From the NCBI GenBank assembly GCA_035541875.1, contig DATKML010000029.1, positions 5,722 through 69,721 of the forward strand: a stretch of DNA of 64,000 nt, in the 5' to 3' direction. The position numbers were made by a program, and so were the translations under genes. This stretch comes from Candidatus Binataceae bacterium (GTDB lineage: Bacteria; Desulfobacterota; Binatia; Binatales; Binataceae). This document shows, piece after piece, positions 58,306 through 64,000 of this stretch. Under the pieces are notes generated by a model. It saw nothing but the letters and a program-made list of their open reading frames with translations. It did not search any database and was not told the DNA's origin. Position 1 is the stretch's first letter; each line of letters opens with the position of its first letter.

Positions 58306-59472
58306 TTATAACCGCAGCGTCTGGATTCGCCCCACCGCCTCTTTCAACCGCTCATTCGGGACCGTTAAGGAGAAGCGCACGTAACCCTCGCCACTCTTAC
58401 CGAATCCTGAACCCGGAGTGATGACGACGCCGGTTTCTTTCAATACTCGTTCTGCAAATGACGCCGAAGTGTATCCGGCCGGCGTCCTGGCCCACAGGTA
58501 GAAGGTCGCACGCGGTGCTTCGCAATCAAGCCCCAGGCCGCGCAGCGCGGTGACCATCATGTCGCGGCGACCCTGATAAATTTTGCAATACTCGCGCAGG
58601 GTGTCGTCGCTGCCTTCAAGCGCAGCGATCGCAGCCTCCTGCACCGGCTGGAAAACCCCTGAATCGACGTTGGTCTTGACCGTGCCGAGTGCTCCAACCA
58701 GTTGTGCGTTGCCCACGCAAAAGCCCACGCGCCATCCGGTCATCGAGAAGGTTTTCGACAGCGAGTGAAACTCAATCGTGCAATCACGAGCACCGTCGAT
58801 ATCCAGCACGCTGGGCGCACGATAGCCGTCGAACGCAATCTCGGAGTAAGCGATATCGAACCCGAGGATGATGTTGTTATCGAGGCAGAACTTAACGGCG
58901 CGTTTCAGGAATTCCGGTTCGGCGGTCGCCGCGGTCGGATTGTTCGGATAGTTCAGCCACATCAGCTTGGCGCGCTTGGCCACTTCGGACGGAATTGCGC
59001 CAAGATCCGGCAAGAAGGCGTTTTCTTTGCGCAGTGGCATAAAATAGGGCTCGCCGCCATTGAAAACGCATCCGGAGAAGTAAACCGGGTAGCCCGGGTC
59101 AGGGATCAGCACGATATCGCCGGGATCGACCACCGCGACCGGGAAGTTCGCGATACCCTCTTTCGAGCCGATAAGTGCACAGGCCTCGCGCCCGGGATCG
59201 AGCGTCACGCCAAAACGCCGCTTGTACCAGACGGTGGCCGCTGCGCGAAAACGATCGAGCCCCTGATAATCGGGATAGCGATGGTTCACCGGCATTTCCG
59301 CAGTGCGCTGGAGCGCCGCGATAATGTGCGGCGGAGTCGGCAGATCGGGATCGCCAATGCCAAGGCTGATAACGTCGACGCCTTTTTGCTGTACTTCGCG
59401 CTTTAAACGGTCGAGTTCCGCGAAAAGATAGGGAGGTAATAGACTCAATCGTGCGGCGGTTTTAATCTGCAC
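58306..59472 (-). CDS. PLP-dependent aminotransferase class I (LL-DAP aminotransferase / aspartate aminotransferase-like)
   Basis: SLSKTFSMTGWRVGF (PLP Lys), NYPNNPT. Confidence 0.85.
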   Translation of the reverse strand: MQIKTAARLSLLPPYLFAELDRLKREVQQKGVDVISLGIGDPDLPTPPHIIAALQRTAEMPVNHRYPDYQGLDRFRAAATVWYKRRFGVTLDPGREACALIGSKEGIANFPVAVVDPGDIVLIPDPGYPVYFSGCVFNGGEPYFMPLRKENAFLPDLGAIPSEVAKRAKLMWLNYPNNPTAATAEPEFLKRAVKFCLDNNIILGFDIAYSEIAFDGYRAPSVLDIDGARDCTIEFHSLSKTFSMTGWRVGFCVGNAQLVGALGTVKTNVDSGVFQPVQEAAIAALEGSDDTLREYCKIYQGRRDMMVTALRGLGLDCEAPRATFYLWARTPAGYTSASFAERVLKETGVVITPGSGFGKSGEGYVRFSLTVPNERLKEAVGRIQTLRL

Positions 59473-59833
59473 CGTGACGCATTTAACTCCAGACTAAGAT
59501 GGTCGAGTATTAACATACTCAGGGCGGCATCGAAACGCCCTGAGCGTCACTCCGCGCAATTGTTTCTTGAATTTCAACAGCTTGGCGCTTCGCCCACAGG
59601 CAGACCACGGAAAATTTCGCTGAGAGGTATTACTTCCGCTTGCGGAGCCATCACGCGAATGTTAGTTATCCTTCCGTTTGAATTTTTGGAGATTGAAGAT
59701 CGTCGCGCGCAACGCGGCCGATGTATCGGTTTGGGTTGACCTCGATGTCGCGCGACTGTTACTTGTGCGGGCGCTCGCTTCCGGCAGCCCGCAATGGCTG
59801 GCCAAATCGCGACGCATGGCTGTGGTGTAAACC

Positions 59834-60355
59834 TTGGGAACGACGAACCGGACTCTGATTCCAGTGGCGCTGCTGCTGTTCCTGGCAGGAGCGGCCACCG
59901 TTGCGTTTTCCGAACGCCCGTGGGCACCGCGAACCGGAGTAGAGCAACCGGTTCCGTTTAGCCATCGCGTTCACGCAGGCATCAACAAAATCCCGTGCCA
60001 GTACTGTCACGAGTACGCCCGTCGTTCAGCGACTTCGGGTGTGCCGCCGGTCGCACGATGCGTTGGGTGCCATGGTAGTGGCTTGCTTGGCGGTATCGCA
60101 CCGATCACTCAACCGTGGACCGACAAGAGCCAGCCGCCCTTCGAAATCCGTTGGAACAAAGTTTACGCCCTGCCTGATTTCGTGAAGTTCGTGCATAAGC
60201 CGCATATCTGGGCGGGTGTTGCCTGCCAGGAATGTCACGGCCCGGTCGAGACGATGGACCGCATCACGCCCGTACACGAAATCAACATGGGCTTTTGCGT
60301 TAATTGTCACACCAAGCGTGGCGCCACGCAGGACTGTTTTGTCTGCCATCACTGA
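59834..60355 (+). CDS. actA: Alternative complex III subunit ActA (pentaheme c-type cytochrome)
   Basis: Five CxxCH motifs (CQYCH, CVGCH, CQECH, CVNCH, CFVCH); N-terminal TM anchor. Confidence 0.8.
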   Translation: MGTTNRTLIPVALLLFLAGAATVAFSERPWAPRTGVEQPVPFSHRVHAGINKIPCQYCHEYARRSATSGVPPVARCVGCHGSGLLGGIAPITQPWTDKSQPPFEIRWNKVYALPDFVKFVHKPHIWAGVACQECHGPVETMDRITPVHEINMGFCVNCHTKRGATQDCFVCHH

Positions 60356-60367
60356 GCGAGGAACCTA

Positions 60368-63340
60368 ATGTCAGACGGGCTCAGCAGGCGGTCGTTCCTT
60401 AAGCTTGCTGCCACGGCGGGGGCCGCGGCGGCGATACCGGGGTGCGAGCCGGCTGCGCGCAAAATCATTCCTTACGTCGTTCCGGATGAGAACATCATCC
60501 CCGGCGTTCCCTCTTATTTCGCGACGACCTGCACCGAGTGTTCCGCTGGATGCGGGATTATCGCGAAGGTCCGCGAAGGACGCGTGATCAAGCTGGAGGG
60601 TAATCCGGCTGATCCGATCAGTCAGGGTGCGATCTGCGCCCGGGGTCAGGCGGCGCTCCAGGGCGTCTACAACCCCGACCGGCTCGCCAAGCCCAAAAAG
60701 CGCAACGCCGATGGGTCTCTACAGGAAATCACCTGGGATGAGGCTCTCAAGATGCTGAATGACCGCTTGGCCGCTGCTGCCAAAGCGGGCAAAGACCGCG
60801 TCGCTTTTATCGGATCGCCGCAAGGTCCGACCCTTGAAAATGTTACCAAGCAATGGGCTGGGGCGTATGGCTCAAGCCGCGTTGCCTTCTGGGAGCGCCT
60901 TAGCGATGAACCGGCGCGTGCCGCCGCCGAGGTCTGCTTTGGTCGGCGCGACGTTCCGGTCTATCAGCTCGATCGGGCAGAAGTCATCGTCTCGTTCGGC
61001 GCTGATTTCCTTGAAACGTGGGGATCACCGGTAGAGCAGATCCGTCAGTATGCGGCCTTCCGCAGCCCGCGGATGCGCAAGGGTGGCCTGACGATTGGGC
61101 GTGCCGCTTACGTAGGCCCTCGGATGGGGCTTACGGGAGCCAAGGCCGACGAATGGGTTCCGGCGAACCCGGGTACGGAAGGTGCCGTCGCGTTGGCGGT
61201 GCTGAACGTCCTTGTTAATCAGGGTCTTGCCAAGGGATCGGGCTTCGATGCCGGTGCAGTCAAGGAAGCCGTCGCGTCGTATGATCCCGAGAGCGTCAGC
61301 AAGCAATCGGGCGTTCCGGCCGAGCAAATCAATAAACTGGCGAAGTGGCTCGCCGATGCCGATGGCGCCGTCGCGCTTGGCGGCGGCGATGATGCCCAAG
61401 CGTATATCGCGGCCTACCTCATCAACATCGTTACTGGAAACATCGGCAAGACGATGGGCTTCCTCGAAGGATCGGCGCCTGAAACTGCCAGCCGTCCCGA
61501 GGATGTCCGTGCGGTGCTGAATGCGATCGGCGCCGGTCAGGTCGATGTAGTGGTCGTAGCTGGCGGAGCGAATCCGGTCTTCACGATGCCTCCGCTCTGG
61601 GGCGCAAGCACCGCGATCCATCGCGCAGCTTGCGTCGTATGGATGGGGGATGCTCCGGATGAAACTGCCGACGCGGCCCACCTCCTCCTCCCTACGCACC
61701 ATCCGCTGGAAAGCTGGCGTGACAGTGCACCGCGGGCGGGCATCTATGGTCTCGGCCAGCCGGTCATGCAGCCGGTTTTTGCCAGCCGCCAACTGCACGA
61801 TATTCTGATCGAATCGGCGCATCTTGGCGCCGGCGATGCGGGTCAGAGCATCAAGGCTGAGAATGCCGCCGATGCGATCAACTCGGCATGGCAGGACCTG
61901 CACAGTAAGGTCGGTTCTGACAAGAGCGCTGATGAGTTTTGGAGTCAGGCGCGCCGTGCCGGTGGTGTCTTCCAGGAGCTCAAGCCACAGGGTACTACGG
62001 CGAAAATCTCCGGACTGCAGGCAGCTATAGCGCCTCGCCCGGCGAAAAGCAGCCAATACTTGGTCGCTGCGTTCCCGCATCCCTTCCTCTACGACGGACG
62101 CGGAGCCAACAAGCCTTGGTTGCAGGAGCTTCCGGAACCGACCAACCAGATCGTTTGGGACACGTGGGCTGAGGTCCATCCACAGACCGCTGCGGAACTT
62201 GGGCTCTCTGAGCATTACAAGTCCACTTATCTCTACGCCGGTATCGACGTAATCGAGATTAACACGCCTTCCGGTCCTATTGAGCTGTCGGTCCATATCA
62301 CGCCGCTTGTAAAGCCGGGTGTTATCGGCGTGCCGCTAGGCCAGGGGCATACCTCCTACGGCCGGTATGGCAGCAATATCGGTGTGAACCTCTGGAAGTA
62401 TTTGGCCGAAGGTTCGCGAGCTATTCCGGTCACTGCTTCCAAGACCGAAAAGCAGTACAAGATCGTCACGCCGCTCGGTAAGAGCGACATGATGGGCCGT
62501 TCGATTGTCGAAGCCGTCACCGTTGAGCAGCTTGCCAACGGGATCAAACCCGAAGTCGAGCGCGAGTACGAAGAAGAGATGCCCAAGGTTCCGTACGAAA
62601 TGTACGATCCGTGGGAATACAAGGGCCACAAGTGGGGCATGACGATCGACGTCAATGCCTGCACCGGATGCAGCGCCTGCGTGACTGCCTGCTACGCCGA
62701 GAACAATATCCCGGTGGGTGGCAAGAAAGAGGTCGATCTCGGTCGTATCATGTCTTGGATCCGCATCGAGCGGTTTATCCCCGGCGACAAGGATCCCGAG
62801 AACGCACCTAACCTCTATGTAGCACCCGTCCTCTGTCAGCAGTGTGACCACGCGCCGTGCGAACCAGTCTGCCCGGTATTCGCGTCGCATCATACGCCGG
62901 AAGGACTAAACGCCCAGATTTACAATCGCTGCGTCGGCACGCGTTTCTGCGAAAACAACTGTCCGTACAAAGTCCGACGCTTCAACTGGTTCTATCCCGA
63001 GTGGCCAGAGCCGTTGAATCTGCAATTGAATCCGGACGTTACAGTACGTAGCGCCGGCGTCATGGAGAAGTGCACCTTCTGTATCCAGCGGATCACCTCT
63101 GCTGAGATCGACGCACGGACTGAGAATCGCAAGCTCGTCGATGGGGAGATTATCACCGCGTGCGCTCAGGCCTGCCCGGCTCGCGCTATCAGCTTCGGTG
63201 ATATCAACGACCCCGAGAGCGCGATGATGAAGCGGCGCGTCGATAACAAGGATCGCACCTATACGATGCTGCCGGAATTCAACGCCCTGCCGGCTATCAC
63301 GTACTTGCGTAGTCTCTATTGGGAGAAGGGGAAAGCTTAA
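60368..63340 (+). CDS. actB: Alternative complex III subunit ActB (fused B1 molybdopterin-like plus B2 4Fe-4S ferredoxin domains), Tat signal
   Basis: RRSFLKLAATAGAAAA twin-arginine signal; molybdopterin-oxidoreductase fold; C-terminal CTGCSACVTAC...CQQCDHAPCEPVCP...CVGTRFCENNCP...CTFC Fe-S clusters. Confidence 0.85.
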   Translation: MSDGLSRRSFLKLAATAGAAAAIPGCEPAARKIIPYVVPDENIIPGVPSYFATTCTECSAGCGIIAKVREGRVIKLEGNPADPISQGAICARGQAALQGVYNPDRLAKPKKRNADGSLQEITWDEALKMLNDRLAAAAKAGKDRVAFIGSPQGPTLENVTKQWAGAYGSSRVAFWERLSDEPARAAAEVCFGRRDVPVYQLDRAEVIVSFGADFLETWGSPVEQIRQYAAFRSPRMRKGGLTIGRAAYVGPRMGLTGAKADEWVPANPGTEGAVALAVLNVLVNQGLAKGSGFDAGAVKEAVASYDPESVSKQSGVPAEQINKLAKWLADADGAVALGGGDDAQAYIAAYLINIVTGNIGKTMGFLEGSAPETASRPEDVRAVLNAIGAGQVDVVVVAGGANPVFTMPPLWGASTAIHRAACVVWMGDAPDETADAAHLLLPTHHPLESWRDSAPRAGIYGLGQPVMQPVFASRQLHDILIESAHLGAGDAGQSIKAENAADAINSAWQDLHSKVGSDKSADEFWSQARRAGGVFQELKPQGTTAKISGLQAAIAPRPAKSSQYLVAAFPHPFLYDGRGANKPWLQELPEPTNQIVWDTWAEVHPQTAAELGLSEHYKSTYLYAGIDVIEINTPSGPIELSVHITPLVKPGVIGVPLGQGHTSYGRYGSNIGVNLWKYLAEGSRAIPVTASKTEKQYKIVTPLGKSDMMGRSIVEAVTVEQLANGIKPEVEREYEEEMPKVPYEMYDPWEYKGHKWGMTIDVNACTGCSACVTACYAENNIPVGGKKEVDLGRIMSWIRIERFIPGDKDPENAPNLYVAPVLCQQCDHAPCEPVCPVFASHHTPEGLNAQIYNRCVGTRFCENNCPYKVRRFNWFYPEWPEPLNLQLNPDVTVRSAGVMEKCTFCIQRITSAEIDARTENRKLVDGEIITACAQACPARAISFGDINDPESAMMKRRVDNKDRTYTMLPEFNALPAITYLRSLYWEKGKA

Positions 63341-64000
63341 ATGGCGGCCGCGATCGAAACTAGAATCGAGCCGGACTTAGTCGACATCGACCGTCACGTC
63401 CAGCAGACCCTCGCTCCCGGGGGACTGAAGTACTGGTTGTGGGTGCTCTTCTGCGCCTTCTGGACTGCTGTCGGCGGTGCCTTCTGGACGAACCAGATTT
63501 ACAACTCATTTGAGCCGACTGGTTACGGTCAGCCGACGATGTGGGCCGTCTATATCACCGACTTCGTCTTCTGGGTCGGTATCGCTCACTCGGGTACGCT
63601 GATCTCAGCAGTTCTTTTTCTCTTCCGGGTGCGTTGGCGTACAGCCATCTTCCGTCTCGCGGAGACGATGACCGTCTTCGCAGTCGCAACCGCTGGCCTG
63701 TTCCCACTCGTCCATCTAGGACGCGTATGGTTTTTCTACTGGCTGGTGCCCTATCCGAATGAGCGCTACCTGCAGCCCGACTTCCGCTCGGCTCTGGATT
63801 GGGACTTGTTCGCGATCAGCACCTACCTCACGACCAGCGTGATGTTCCTGTTTGTCGGCCTGATTCCCGATATCGCGAACGCGCGCGAGAAAGCGGTTGG
63901 TTTCCGTCGGACCCTTTACAGCATCCTGTCCTTCGGCTGGCGCGGCTCTGATCGGCAGTGGCGTAACTTCTCGATGGTTTATCTGCTGCTGGCGGGCTTT
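63341..64000 (+). CDS. actC: Alternative complex III subunit ActC (NrfD/PsrC-like membrane quinol-interacting subunit), partial; runs off the window end
   Basis: The ATG at 63341 is 1 nt after the actB stop. Polytopic membrane sequence WLWVLFCAFWTAVGGAFWTNQIY...VFWVGIAHSGTLISAVLFLF typical of NrfD-family subunits. Not in the ORF track because there is no stop within the window. Confidence 0.75.
   Translation, partial: MAAAIETRIEPDLVDIDRHVQQTLAPGGLKYWLWVLFCAFWTAVGGAFWTNQIYNSFEPTGYGQPTMWAVYITDFVFWVGIAHSGTLISAVLFLFRVRWRTAIFRLAETMTVFAVATAGLFPLVHLGRVWFFYWLVPYPNERYLQPDFRSALDWDLFAISTYLTTSVMFLFVGLIPDIANAREKAVGFRRTLYSILSFGWRGSDRQWRNFSMVYLLLAGF

Noticed and set aside
61025-62296. 423-aa minus-strand ORF inside actB
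   Set aside because: Antisense to a strongly supported molybdopterin-oxidoreductase-like gene.

Overview
High-GC (~60%), densely coding bacterial chromosomal segment. Taxon not determinable from sequence alone; giant Thr/Ala/Pro-linker proteins with SBBP, LamG and choice-of-anchor-D-like domains point to an Acidobacteria-like soil organism. From 5' to 3': vapBC toxin-antitoxin pair (VapC frameshifted in a G5 run) with a perfect 18-bp palindrome upstream; tetR-MFS(DHA2) efflux operon; S15/CocE hydrolase; HSL-type esterase; LLM oxidoreductase. Then an ~11 kb minus-strand cluster of five secreted proteins: two giant multidomain proteins plus a duplicated two-gene module of unknown function. Then ispG; an AT-rich-bounded island of hypothetical proteins; arylsulfatase; MaoC pair; PHP protein; a translationally coupled hydrolase-hydrolase-adenylating ligase-carrier protein cassette; double GNAT. 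Then a CoA-dependent catabolic supercluster (DUF35/SCP2-thiolase, alpha/beta hydrolase, SnoaL, HpcH aldolase, SDR, two crotonases, Rieske oxygenase, DUF1329, CitE-like lyase, family III CoA-transferase); beta-helix protein; aguA-aguB (agmatine to putrescine); LLM. Then SRP RNA-dnaX-ybaB-recR (conserved synteny; the SRP RNA was spotted by eye), Fe/Mn SOD, cytochrome c lipoprotein, 1-Cys peroxiredoxin, crotonase, cytochrome c-PQQ propeller fusion, transaldolase, folK, aminotransferase, and actA-actB-actC (alternative complex III, cut by the window end). No CRISPR array, transposase, integrase, tRNA or rRNA was recognised. The top candidate for an undescribed system is the duplicated secreted module at 10.7-14.4 kb, embedded among the giant surface proteins. 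Each copy is a ~420-aa signal-peptide protein with an invariant SHE[VI]GEW[ML]DDP motif, followed ~30 nt later by a protein carrying a conserved ~180-aa Cys-containing N-terminal domain.
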